Source: Candidatus Staskawiczbacteria bacterium
GTDB lineage: Bacteria > Patescibacteriota > Minisyncoccia > Minisyncoccales > Staskawiczbacteraceae
NCBI GenBank assembly: GCA_903845295.1
Contig: CAIMWV010000030.1
Location: forward strand, 1 to 59,271
Length of the DNA: 59,271 nucleotides
Reading direction: 5' to 3'
This document shows positions 36,888 through 45,551 of the stretch, one piece after another. The position numbers and the translations under genes are program-made. The notes under the pieces were generated by a model that saw only the letters and a list, made by a program, of their open reading frames with translations, had not been told where the DNA came from and ran no database searches. Within the stretch, counting starts at the first letter, position 1. Every line of letters begins with the position of its first letter.

Positions 36888-37403
36888 ATGAAAATGTCGG
36901 TTAAGTGTGCTTTGGGAAAAAATACGGTTGTCATTTCGAAAGAGGAAATCGGGAAAATCCTCTTTCCCAAAGGAAGAATGCTCCTTTTGGACCAAGTGAT
37001 AATCACAGATGGTTTTGCTGTCGGAGAATTTACAGTCCCAATTGAAAACTGCGAAGGCCATGAGCCTATACCCAATATGCCGGTGATGCGGGGAGTCGAA
37101 ATCCCTGAAATGGCTTTTCAACTGCTTGGCATTTTTCTTTCCCAGGATCCCGGATTGTTTAATGAATTAAAGGGTAAGGTTTGCGTTGCCAGAGAAATAA
37201 CCAGCGCAAAGTTCATGGGATTTATCCGCCCCGGCGACAAGCTGGTTTTGAAGACTAAGACGGATATCGGCATTGATAATGTTGGTAAGACTTCAAGAAT
37301 TGAAAGCAGTGTAATGGTTGCCAGGGTTGGTGGCGAAAAAAAGTGCATAATCTCTTCTGTTGCCATTGTGGCTTTCAATCCGGATTCGATAAAGGCTGTC
37401 TAA
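36888..37403 (+). CDS. FabZ/FabA-like hotdog-fold dehydratase
   Basis: MLLLDQV, EGH.P..PVMRGVEIPEMAFQ, A.F.G.I.PGD; strong SD GGGAGGGGG. Confidence 0.75.
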   Translation: MKMSVKCALGKNTVVISKEEIGKILFPKGRMLLLDQVIITDGFAVGEFTVPIENCEGHEPIPNMPVMRGVEIPEMAFQLLGIFLSQDPGLFNELKGKVCVAREITSAKFMGFIRPGDKLVLKTKTDIGIDNVGKTSRIESSVMVARVGGEKKCIISSVAIVAFNPDSIKAV

Positions 37404-37435
37404 AAGATCAGCCTTTTTTCTTTTTATGGAAAATT

Positions 37436-39421
37436 CTAATAGGATTTAAATTTTTCAATTGCTTCCGAAATCATCTGGCTGTATAAATTCAATCCTATTT
37501 TATTTATGGCACCCGACTGTTCTTTGCCTAAGATATTACCGGCTCCTCTTAGTTCCAAATCCCTGATTGCAATTCTGTATCCGGCTCCCAATTCCTGCGC
37601 GTCTTTTAATGCGTCGAGGCGCTCTTTAGCCAAAGGCGTTAAATTTTTTGAGTCGTACATGAAATAAGCAAAACTTTTTGTTCCGGACCTGCCGACTCTG
37701 CCCCTTATCTGGTGCGCCTGGCTAAGCCCGAGGCGCGTGGAGTCTTCTATTATAATCGTATTTACGTTCGGCAGATCCAATCCGTTTTCAATAATTGTTG
37801 TGGCAACCAGAACATTTATTTTTTCCTTTTGGAATTCGTCCATTATTTTTATTAATTTTTTTTCTGGCATCCTGCCATGGATCAAACCAATCCTTGCCTT
37901 TTTGCAGAGATTCTTCAATTCTTCTGATTTCGCTTCAATGCTCTGAACCCTATTATGTAAAAAATAAACCTGCCCCTTTCTTTTCAGTTCAGAATCGATT
38001 ATTTTTTTAACAGATTTTTCGTTATATTGGAGAACTTCTGTTTTTATGGCCTGTCTGCCCATCGGGGGAGTTTGCATCAAGCTTATATTTTTTAAAGAAG
38101 AAAGCGCCAAATAAATTGTGCGCGGTATTGGTGTGGCCGACAAGCTGAGAACATCCAAACTGGTTTTTAACTGCCTGAGTTTTTCTTTTTGTTTTACGCC
38201 AAATTTTTGTTCGTCGTCAATAATCAGAAGCTGCAGGTTTCTGAATTCTACATCTTTTGACAAAAGCCGGTGTGTGCCGATCAAAATGTCTATTTTACCC
38301 TCTTTTAAATCTTCGATAATTTTTTTCTGCTCTAACTTTGTCTGCAACCCTGAAAGCAAAGCAATTTTTACGGGCAGCTTTTCAAATCTTTTTTTGAAAG
38401 AATTAAAATGCTGGTTTGCTAAAATCGTAGTCGGGCATATCAAAGCCGTCTGCCTGTTGTTCAAGGAAGCCAATAAGGCCGTTCTCATCGCCACTTCTGT
38501 TTTGCCGAAACCGACGTCGCCGCAGACGATCCTGTCCATAGGTTTTGTTTTTTGCAGGTCATTTTTAATGTCTTCTATAGCCTGAATCTGGTCCGGGGTT
38601 TCCTGGAAAGCAAAACCGGACCTGAACTGCGCTTCCAATTCTTTATCTTCTATATAAGGGGTTCTTTCGGTGATTTCCTTTTGGGCATATAACTGCAGAA
38701 GTTCCTTGGCTAACTTTTCAACGTCTTCTTTTATTTTTCCTTTTGTTTTCTGCCACAAAGAAGATCCCAGCCGTGAAATTTTCGGATCCTGAAACCCAAC
38801 GTATCTCGACAGTTTTCTTTCAAGACCCAGGGGAACATATAATTTGTCGGCTTGTGCATATTCTAAAACATAATAACTTTGGAATTCGGGCGACCCAGGG
38901 AGCGCGGAAGTCTGAAATTTTTCTATTCCTATAAATTTTCCGATGCCATGGTCTAAATGGACCAGATAATCTCCCGGTTTTAATCCTTTCAGCTCTGAAA
39001 ACAGTTTCTGTGATTTCAGTTTCTTTTTTAAAATCTCCCTGGATTTTTTTTCATCATCAACTTTAATGTCCAGTATTTTTATTTCATCCACTTCATTCCC
39101 TAAAAAATCCAAACGCACCGCATTTGCTAAATTGATGGGGAAAATATCAATTATCCCTCCGCGCTGGGAAAATTCGCCGGGCTCTGAAACCTTAAACACC
39201 CTTTCATATCCCATTTCATCTAGTTTTCTCAGAAATTGCGAAAATTGGAAGCTATGGTCTTTTTCTAAAAAAATTATATTGTCTTCAAAAAAATTCTGTG
39301 AGTGCCTGGCGCTTAATATCTCATGCAGGTTTTCTTGAAACCACAAAAACCCCTTATCTAAAAAATAAGGGGTGATGCTGACTATTAAAAGTTGGTTAAT
39401 ATCTTTATCTGTTGTATTCAT
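37436..39421 (-). CDS. mfd: Short Mfd-like (TRCF) translocase
   Basis: UvrB-like GGIIDIF, RID VHLDHGIG, CGDVGFGKT, SATPIPRT, QIRGRVGR, TRG motif DLELRGAGNILG.EQSG; ends right after TRG. Confidence 0.88.
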   Translation of the reverse strand: MNTTDKDINQLLIVSITPYFLDKGFLWFQENLHEILSARHSQNFFEDNIIFLEKDHSFQFSQFLRKLDEMGYERVFKVSEPGEFSQRGGIIDIFPINLANAVRLDFLGNEVDEIKILDIKVDDEKKSREILKKKLKSQKLFSELKGLKPGDYLVHLDHGIGKFIGIEKFQTSALPGSPEFQSYYVLEYAQADKLYVPLGLERKLSRYVGFQDPKISRLGSSLWQKTKGKIKEDVEKLAKELLQLYAQKEITERTPYIEDKELEAQFRSGFAFQETPDQIQAIEDIKNDLQKTKPMDRIVCGDVGFGKTEVAMRTALLASLNNRQTALICPTTILANQHFNSFKKRFEKLPVKIALLSGLQTKLEQKKIIEDLKEGKIDILIGTHRLLSKDVEFRNLQLLIIDDEQKFGVKQKEKLRQLKTSLDVLSLSATPIPRTIYLALSSLKNISLMQTPPMGRQAIKTEVLQYNEKSVKKIIDSELKRKGQVYFLHNRVQSIEAKSEELKNLCKKARIGLIHGRMPEKKLIKIMDEFQKEKINVLVATTIIENGLDLPNVNTIIIEDSTRLGLSQAHQIRGRVGRSGTKSFAYFMYDSKNLTPLAKERLDALKDAQELGAGYRIAIRDLELRGAGNILGKEQSGAINKIGLNLYSQMISEAIEKFKSY

Positions 39422-39968
39422 TCATGGTTTTATCTAATCCTGCTTTTACGAAGAAATCAAGGGCATCAGTTATTTTTTTTATTGTTTCATCTATTACTTT
39501 TTGTTCTTCCTGTGAAAAGTTCTTCAATACAACTTTCATTGCATTCACGTCTTTTTGCCCGGCAACACCTATCCTGAACCTCATCAATCCGTCATTTCCG
39601 ATACTTTTGATTATTGATTCAACTCCTTTATGGCCGGCTGAACCCCTTTCTTTTATAATTTTTATTTTTCCGACCGGCACATCGACATCATCATGGACTA
39701 TCACCAAATCTGACATTTGCGCTTTGGTGTTAGACATCAGCTGCTTTACTGATTTGCCGGATTCATTCATGAATGTTTGGGGTTTTACCAAAACAACGGT
39801 TTTGTCTCCGAGAATGTGTTCTGAAACGAGAGCGTTTGATTTTTTTTGCAATTTAAATTCAGGAAAATTGTTTTTTTCCGCAAACGCATCGATTGCGATA
39901 AATCCGACATTATGGCGGGTATTTTTATATTGTTCACCCGGGTTTCCCAAACCCACAATAATTATCAT
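39405..39968 (-). CDS. pth: Peptidyl-tRNA hydrolase
   Basis: VGLGNPG, TRHNVG, KPQTFMN.SG, HDDVD, AGHKG, RFRIG. Confidence 0.96.
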   Translation of the reverse strand: MIIIVGLGNPGEQYKNTRHNVGFIAIDAFAEKNNFPEFKLQKKSNALVSEHILGDKTVVLVKPQTFMNESGKSVKQLMSNTKAQMSDLVIVHDDVDVPVGKIKIIKERGSAGHKGVESIIKSIGNDGLMRFRIGVAGQKDVNAMKVVLKNFSQEEQKVIDETIKKITDALDFFVKAGLDKTMNEYNR

Positions 39969-40060
39969 TTTGTTTTTCAGTTAATTTGTTGTATTTTAAT
40001 ATAATATACTATTTTTTACTTATTTTCCACATATACGCCGGTGAGAGGAAAAATAGTGGC

Positions 40061-40089
40061 TTGACAATTAATATTTTAGCGTATAATAT
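40061..40089 (+). promoter_or_regulatory. Sigma70-like promoter of a two-gene GC-rich unit
   Basis: TTGACA (40061) with TATAAT (15-nt spacer) or TAATAT (17-nt spacer). Confidence 0.6.
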
Positions 40090-40233
40090 AAGTATTTAGT
40101 TCAAGATATCGCACATTAACAAGATAATATAAATTTGCGTGATTTATGCGCAGAAGATTAAACCCGAAAAATGTGATCTCGGTGCGTGGCCGGGATCGAG
40201 AGGGGGAAGGGAAAAAGTAATAGGGAGGTAGGG

Positions 40234-40545
40234 ATGCCAAACCTTTGGCGTAAGTTGTCTCAAGGGCAGAAAGAGTTCCTCTTAAAGGAGGGATTCGATC
40301 CAAGCAGGAGGGGCTCTGGCGTCAGAATCAAGGCGCTGGCAAATCGTTTCAACACCACGTTCGAAAGCAAGTGGAGGCCTCACGAAGTGAGGCAGATGCT
40401 TGCAGAAGTTACACGTAGCGGCAGTAACGGTAACGACAACGGGAACGGCGACAACAACGGCAACGGGAATGGGAGGGTCAAGAGTAAAAGCAAGAGCAGG
40501 TTTTACACCCGCGCCCACCAGTTGGTTTCCGGGGGTGCGCGATGA
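40234..40545 (+). CDS. Hypothetical basic protein with Gly/Asn repeat linker
   Basis: SD GGGAGGT before ATG at 40234; NGNDNGNGDNNGNGNG tract; ATGA overlap with the next gene. Confidence 0.7.
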   Translation: MPNLWRKLSQGQKEFLLKEGFDPSRRGSGVRIKALANRFNTTFESKWRPHEVRQMLAEVTRSGSNGNDNGNGDNNGNGNGRVKSKSKSRFYTRAHQLVSGGAR

Positions 40546-41090
40546 TTAGTACAGAGACTACAGCAGGATCCGGCGAGGCTCACACCATTCATCAAAGAAT
40601 GGCTTTCGCGGAAGAACTGGTGGAGATCGTAAGGAGTGCCGAATGTCCGATAGGACTCGGGCATACGGTCGATGATGAGGCATTGCCTGTTCTTCTGGCC
40701 TGCCTCAAGGATATTTTGGGAGTTGTACCGGTACGCGATATTGTATATTACCGGAGTCCTGAGGATGAGCGCGGCCAAGATTGCCTCTGGTCGCTCCATA
40801 CTAACCGTGGGATGGTGCTGGTGCTCCAGACTTCAAAAGGGCTGAAGACGAGCGTGGAAAACCGTGTGGATATCGAAGATTTTCCTATGATCGACGCTCG
40901 CCGGAAACTTCTGAAGATTCTCGGAGCAGATCAGAAATTCTCTGCTAAGAAAATCATCGGCCGGCGCGTTACCCTGGTCGGCGATTATAGAGGGATCAAC
41001 CATCTTGTCTTCGTTGCCTTGGAGCATTTCTTCCAGGAGAGGGGGGCCAGGGAGGTCGAGTTCGTCAGCCTTAAGCTCAAAACGGCTTAA
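40542..41090 (+). CDS. Hypothetical protein, possible degenerate type I phosphoribosyltransferase fold
   Basis: GRRVTLVGDY...QERGAREVEFVSL resembles the PRTase core GKRVLLVDD...GAKEV. Confidence 0.55.
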   Translation: MISTETTAGSGEAHTIHQRMAFAEELVEIVRSAECPIGLGHTVDDEALPVLLACLKDILGVVPVRDIVYYRSPEDERGQDCLWSLHTNRGMVLVLQTSKGLKTSVENRVDIEDFPMIDARRKLLKILGADQKFSAKKIIGRRVTLVGDYRGINHLVFVALEHFFQERGAREVEFVSLKLKTA

Positions 41091-41140
41091 CTCCTCAAGA
41101 TAGCTTGCGCAATAACGCGTATAACTAGCGCAGATACTTT

Positions 41141-41180
41141 GCGGGATTGTTTCTCATGTGAAACAATCCCGCCTTTTTTT
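41141..41180 (+). terminator. Intrinsic terminator
   Basis: GCGGGATTGTTTC-TCATGT-GAAACAATCCCGC then C and T7. Confidence 0.9.
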
Positions 41181-41256
41181 GCTTTTGACAGGGGGTTGCA
41201 ATTGCTTTAAAAATATGATAAAATATTAAAATTAACCCGATTAATTTAAAACTTTT

Positions 41257-41865
41257 ATGGATAGCGATAATAAAGAAGAGAATTTAAAAAAAGAAGAAAT
41301 ATCCAGAACAGGAATTAGAAAATATATACCTTTTGTTTTGGAGCTGATTAAAATAGCCATTATAGCTTTCGTGATAGTGGCGCCTATCCGTTATTTTCTA
41401 TTCCAGCCCTTTATCGTGAGCGGAGCATCCATGGCTCCAAATTTTGCCACAGGCGATTATTTGATTGTAGATGAAATTTCTTACAGGTTTTCCAGTCCGC
41501 AAAGAGGAGATGTAGTCGTTTTTAACACAAGTTTTATACCGGGATATTATGGCCAGCGTTTTATCAAAAGAGTCATCGGGCTTCCCGGCGAAACAGTTGA
41601 TATAAAAAACGGACAAGTTAAAATAATTAAAGACGGCAAGGTAACAATTTTAGACGAAAAATATTTACCCGATAATTTGAAAACATACGGGGATGTGAGT
41701 ACCACCTTAAAGGCAGATCAATATTTTGTTTTGGGAGATAACAGAGAATATTCTTATGATTCGAGAATGTGGGGAGTTGTCCCGAGAACCGATATAATCG
41801 GCAAAGCATCTTTAAGAGTTCTGCCCATAAAATCTTTATCAGAAATAACCCGTCCAGCTTATTAA
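41257..41865 (+). CDS. lepB: Signal peptidase I
   Basis: VSGASMAP, FIKRVIGLPGE, LGDNREYSYDSRMWG. Confidence 0.95.
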   Translation: MDSDNKEENLKKEEISRTGIRKYIPFVLELIKIAIIAFVIVAPIRYFLFQPFIVSGASMAPNFATGDYLIVDEISYRFSSPQRGDVVVFNTSFIPGYYGQRFIKRVIGLPGETVDIKNGQVKIIKDGKVTILDEKYLPDNLKTYGDVSTTLKADQYFVLGDNREYSYDSRMWGVVPRTDIIGKASLRVLPIKSLSEITRPAY

Positions 41866-41887
41866 ATTTTAAATCAAAAATTATCGC

Positions 41888-43171
41888 ATGAGCAAAATTA
41901 AATACCAAACTTTGACCGGAATGCACGATGTACTGCCGCAGGACCAGGTTTACTTTAAAAAAATTCAGAAAGCGGTTGAATCTGTAGCCGGCTATTATAG
42001 TTTTGAAAAAATTGAAACTCCTATTCTGGAGTTTGCCGAGGTTTTCCAAAAGGCAGTTGGAGATGACACGGATATTGTCGGCAAAGAAATGTATACATTC
42101 AGGACAAAGGGAGGAGATATGGTTTGTTTAAGGCCGGAGGGGACAGCTGCTGTTATGAGAAGTTATTTAGAACATGGGATGCACAATCTGCCTCAGCCAA
42201 TAAAACTTTGGTATATAGGTCCATTTTTCAGATATGAAAGGCCCCAGGCAGGACGCTTCCGCCAATTCCATCAGTTTGGATTTGAAATAATAGGAGAGGG
42301 CAGCCCTTCCATCGACGGTCAAATTATCCAGATGAGTTACGATGTTTTAAAGGAGTTGGGATTTAAAAATCTGACAATTGAAGTAAATTCCATAGGCGAC
42401 TCAGAGTGCAGGCCATATGCCAAAAAAATCCTGACAAGTTATTTCAAATCCAGGCGTTCGTCTTTATGCTCTGACTGCCAGAGAAGGCTGAAAGAAAATC
42501 CATTGAGAATTTTAGACTGCAAAGAAGAAAAATGCCAGAGAGTAAAAGCATCAGCTCCGCAGATAATCGACCATCTTTGCGAAAAATGCCACTTGCATTT
42601 TAAGGAGGTCCTGGAATTTTTAGACGAGTTGGAATTGCCGTACACATTAAACCCCTATTTAGTCCGCGGATTAGATTATTACACAAAAACAGTTTTTGAA
42701 ATTGTTGAAACAACAGAGGACGGGAAATCTTTGGGCACATTGATCGGTGGCGGAAGATATGACAATCTGTCGAAAATGCTCGGTGGCAGAGATACGCCAG
42801 GTTGCGGGTCTGCAGCCGGCATAGAGAGGATATCCAGTCTGATGAAAACCCGGGGAATGAAACTCGGCCCGAAAGTTGAGGAGCCAAAAATATTTTTAGC
42901 TCAATTGGGACAGTTGGCAAAAAGAAAAAGTATGAAATTATTTGAAGAGTTGAGGGCAGCTAAAATCCCTGTGGCAGAATCATTCTCAAAAGATTCTTTA
43001 AAAGCCCAATTAAGAACCGCCAATAAATTAAATATAAGATGGGTTTTGATTTTTGGGCAGAAAGAAGCATTGGAAGATTTTATTACTTTAAGGGATATGG
43101 ACACAGGAATCCAAAAAGAAATAAAACTTGACAAGGTCGTACAAGAAATGAAAGATAAAATTAAGAAGTAA
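41888..43171 (+). CDS. hisS: Histidine--tRNA ligase
   Basis: LRPEGTA, FRYERPQAGRFRQFHQ, LVRGLDYYT, GGGRYD. Confidence 0.97.
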   Translation: MSKIKYQTLTGMHDVLPQDQVYFKKIQKAVESVAGYYSFEKIETPILEFAEVFQKAVGDDTDIVGKEMYTFRTKGGDMVCLRPEGTAAVMRSYLEHGMHNLPQPIKLWYIGPFFRYERPQAGRFRQFHQFGFEIIGEGSPSIDGQIIQMSYDVLKELGFKNLTIEVNSIGDSECRPYAKKILTSYFKSRRSSLCSDCQRRLKENPLRILDCKEEKCQRVKASAPQIIDHLCEKCHLHFKEVLEFLDELELPYTLNPYLVRGLDYYTKTVFEIVETTEDGKSLGTLIGGGRYDNLSKMLGGRDTPGCGSAAGIERISSLMKTRGMKLGPKVEEPKIFLAQLGQLAKRKSMKLFEELRAAKIPVAESFSKDSLKAQLRTANKLNIRWVLIFGQKEALEDFITLRDMDTGIQKEIKLDKVVQEMKDKIKK

Positions 43172-43200
43172 ATTTAAACTTAAAATTAAAAATTATCGCT

Positions 43201-43419
43201 ATGCCAATACAAGTCACAAAAAAAGAAAAAGAGACTTCCCAGAATTTAGGGCACCGTTTTACAAAAACTGTACGCCAATCAGGCATCCTGCTCCAAATAA
43301 GGAAAGGGAGGTTTTTTAAAAAAGCAAAATCTGATTTAGCTAATAAAAGGTCTGCTTTGAGGAGGGTTAAGGTAAGGGCAGAGAAAAGAATAGCAGAAAA
43401 ATTAGCAAAACCCAAATAA
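43201..43419 (+). CDS. rpsU: 30S ribosomal protein bS21-like
   Basis: 72 aa, basic; I.V.KKEKE....L..RF...V..SG.L pattern; rpsU-yqeY synteny. Confidence 0.7.
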   Translation: MPIQVTKKEKETSQNLGHRFTKTVRQSGILLQIRKGRFFKKAKSDLANKRSALRRVKVRAEKRIAEKLAKPK

Positions 43420-43422
43420 ACT

Positions 43423-43923
43423 ATGTTAAAGCAACAAATCCAAGTTGCCGCTACTAATGCATTGAAGGCAAGCGACCAATTTTTGGTTGGAACTTTGCGT
43501 ATGTTATTAGCATCTATTTTAACAAAAGAAAAGGATAAGAGATATAAAATTTCCAAACAAAATCCGGATTTGAACGAAGACGGTTTGGTTAAAGAATCCC
43601 AATTGTCAGACGAGGAAATCATTGAAGTTATTTCTTCTGAGATTAAAAAAAGAAAGGATGCTATAGTTTTGTATGAGCAAGGCAACAGGCCGGAGCTGGC
43701 GGACAGAGAAAAAAAAGAAATAGAAATTTTAAAAAAGTATTTGCCAGAACAGCTGTCAGAAGAAGAAGTTAAGAAGATTATAAAAAAAGCTATCGCAAAA
43801 ACAGGCGCCAAAGAAATGAAAGATATGGGAAAAGTTATGGCTGAAGTTTCTCCAAAGGCAAAAGGCAAAGCAGACAACAGCGAAATCTCAAAAATTGTAA
43901 AAGAATTATTATCTCAAAAGTAA
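43423..43923 (+). CDS. yqeY: GatB/YqeY domain protein
   Basis: LRMLLA, KKRKDAI..Y..GNR.EL...E..EI..L..YLPEQL, KDMGKVM. Confidence 0.92.
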   Translation: MLKQQIQVAATNALKASDQFLVGTLRMLLASILTKEKDKRYKISKQNPDLNEDGLVKESQLSDEEIIEVISSEIKKRKDAIVLYEQGNRPELADREKKEIEILKKYLPEQLSEEEVKKIIKKAIAKTGAKEMKDMGKVMAEVSPKAKGKADNSEISKIVKELLSQK

Positions 43924-43928
43924 ATTTC

Positions 43929-43954
43929 AAAAAACCGCTGATCAGCGGTTTTTT
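43929..43954. terminator. Palindromic terminator after yqeY
   Basis: AAAAAACCGCTGATCAGCGGTTTTTT is a perfect palindrome. Confidence 0.8.
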
Positions 43955-43971
43955 GTTTAATTTTAAGTTTG

Positions 43972-43999
43972 TTGACAAAAGAAAATAAAACACTAATAT
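43972..43999 (+). promoter_or_regulatory. Sigma70-like promoter
   Basis: TTGACA-16 nt-TAATAT; predicted start about 44005-44008. Confidence 0.65.
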
Positions 44000-44008
44000 A
44001 AAAACCGT

Positions 44009-44193
44009 GCTCTTTGATTTAAGCCTTAAGTTGAGAAATGCCCTACAAACGGTTTTGATTTTAATTTTCGGGCGAGAATTTGATAGAGCGAGGAGGTTTG
44101 CCCTTGTGGTAAGCCGACGAGTTATAGCAAATTCGGAGCCAAAATTAAAATTAAAGAGTTTAAGGTTATTTCGCAATTTAAGGCTGTAAGAGC
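44009..44193 (+). ncRNA. Candidate structured RNA, 185-nt imperfect rod (6S-like size)
   Basis: End-to-end pairing with at least six G.U pairs that work only on the + strand; starts immediately after the promoter. Confidence 0.55.
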
Positions 44194-44234
44194 TTTCCGC
44201 AGGCTTCCAAAACCCAAGAAAAAGGAGGGGATTT

Positions 44235-45524
44235 ATGAAGATCCTAGTTGTGGGGTCTGGCGCCCGAGAACACATTTTGTGCGATACATTTGTGAAACTA
44301 GGGCATCAAGTGCTAGCGGCGCCGGGCAGAGAAAGTCTGTGGCAGGGGGTGGACAGCGTATCTGTCCAGGCCATAGATATTCCAGGAGTGACAAATTGGG
44401 CCAAAGCCAATCGGCCCAATTTGGTCGTAGTCGGGCCGGAAAACCCGCTGGTGGATGGATTGGCTGACCGGCTCAGGCAGGAGAAGATCCCGGTTTTCGG
44501 GCCATCAGCAAGAGCTGCTTTCCTCAGCGAGGGTTCAAAGGCCGAATCGAAGTCGCTGATGAGGGCGGCAAAGGTCCCAACATCCGCTTTCCGCGTCTAT
44601 TCTGATTATGATGCAGCAAAGGCCTGCATTATGTCTAACCCCGTCCCGATCGTGGTGAAAGCCAGCGGACTGGCCGCAGGCAAGGGAGCTTACGTGTGCA
44701 AGACCAGAGAAGAGGCTCTCGAAGCGCTAGATCAGGCTATGGTCAAGAAAGTGTATGGCAAGGCCGGGGACCAGGTCGTCATTGAGCAGTTTGTTGCAGG
44801 GCCAGAGGTTTCAGTGATGGCGATTTGTGACGGGGAAACCTGCCTCATGTTGCCGTCTTCCCGCGACCACAAGCAAGCCTTCGACGGCAATCAGGGAAAG
44901 ATGACCGGCGGCATGGGTGCGGTTTCGCCGGCGCCCGGAGTTACTCCTGAGATGATGGAGCAAGCCAAAGACAGGATTATCCTTCCGTTTTTGGCAGAGC
45001 TGAAAAAAGCAGGCGCTCCATTTGTCGGGTGTCTCTATGGGGGATTGAAAATTTCCCCCAGTGGACTCCTGATGACCCTGGAGTTTAACTGCCGATTCGG
45101 CGATCCCGAAGTTTTGGCAGTTCTGCGGCGTCTTGCCCCAAGCGTTGATTTGGCGCAGCTTTTGCTGCAATGCGCCAACGGCAGGCTGGATCCCATATGG
45201 GAAACGCGGCAAAGCGGCCTTTGGCTTCCTGAATGCGCCATTGATGTAGTGCTGGCAACCAAGGGCTATCCCGATCAGGACAAAGCCGATTACGGCAAGG
45301 TTATATCTGGGATTGGCGAAGCCCATCGAATTCCAGGAGTAGCAGTCTTTGACGCGGGCTCCAAACTGGCTGAGAATACAACCCGTGTTAATACTTCGGG
45401 CCGCGTTCTCAACGTGACGGCCATTGGCCCTACTTTGGAGAAAGCCCGTGAAACTGTTTACCGGGCTGTCGGGTGCATTAACTTCCAAGGCATGCAATTC
45501 CGTACAGACATCGGCCTTTGGTGA
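44235..45524 (+). CDS. purD: Phosphoribosylamine--glycine ligase
   Basis: ILVVGSGAREH, VVGPE.PL, VKASGLAAGKG, DHKQAFDG..G..TGGMG, EFNCRFGDPE, GRVL.V; SD AAGGAGG. Confidence 0.95.
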   Translation: MKILVVGSGAREHILCDTFVKLGHQVLAAPGRESLWQGVDSVSVQAIDIPGVTNWAKANRPNLVVVGPENPLVDGLADRLRQEKIPVFGPSARAAFLSEGSKAESKSLMRAAKVPTSAFRVYSDYDAAKACIMSNPVPIVVKASGLAAGKGAYVCKTREEALEALDQAMVKKVYGKAGDQVVIEQFVAGPEVSVMAICDGETCLMLPSSRDHKQAFDGNQGKMTGGMGAVSPAPGVTPEMMEQAKDRIILPFLAELKKAGAPFVGCLYGGLKISPSGLLMTLEFNCRFGDPEVLAVLRRLAPSVDLAQLLLQCANGRLDPIWETRQSGLWLPECAIDVVLATKGYPDQDKADYGKVISGIGEAHRIPGVAVFDAGSKLAENTTRVNTSGRVLNVTAIGPTLEKARETVYRAVGCINFQGMQFRTDIGLW

Positions 45525-45551
45525 ACGACCTCTGATGAACGTTCGTTGTAG

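Noticed and set aside
38880-38920. GC-rich patch in mfd (TSALPGSPEF) as another in-frame element
   Set aside because: Single occurrence with only a weak hairpin; cannot be supported without ortholog alignment.
39708-39737. MSNTKAQMSD segment in Pth as a repeat-derived insertion
   Set aside because: The segment length matches normal Pth and the internal repeat is too short to call.
40420-40475. AACGG-type repeats as a CRISPR or tandem array
   Set aside because: In-frame low-complexity Gly/Asn codons with no spacer structure.
1841-43171. T-box or other attenuators ahead of the six aminoacyl-tRNA synthetase genes
   Set aside because: No T-box consensus was found and most leaders are only a few nucleotides long.
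13764-44130. Shared words (CGAGGAG, CCT/TGTGG.TAA) between the purN and purD leaders as a common riboswitch
   Set aside because: Matches are short, gapped and in different structural contexts; chance level without covariation data.
44878-44896. CCTTCGACGGCAATCAGGG in purD resembling the palindromic element
   Set aside because: It encodes the conserved PurD motif (HKQAFDGNQG) and lacks GCTCAGG; coincidental.
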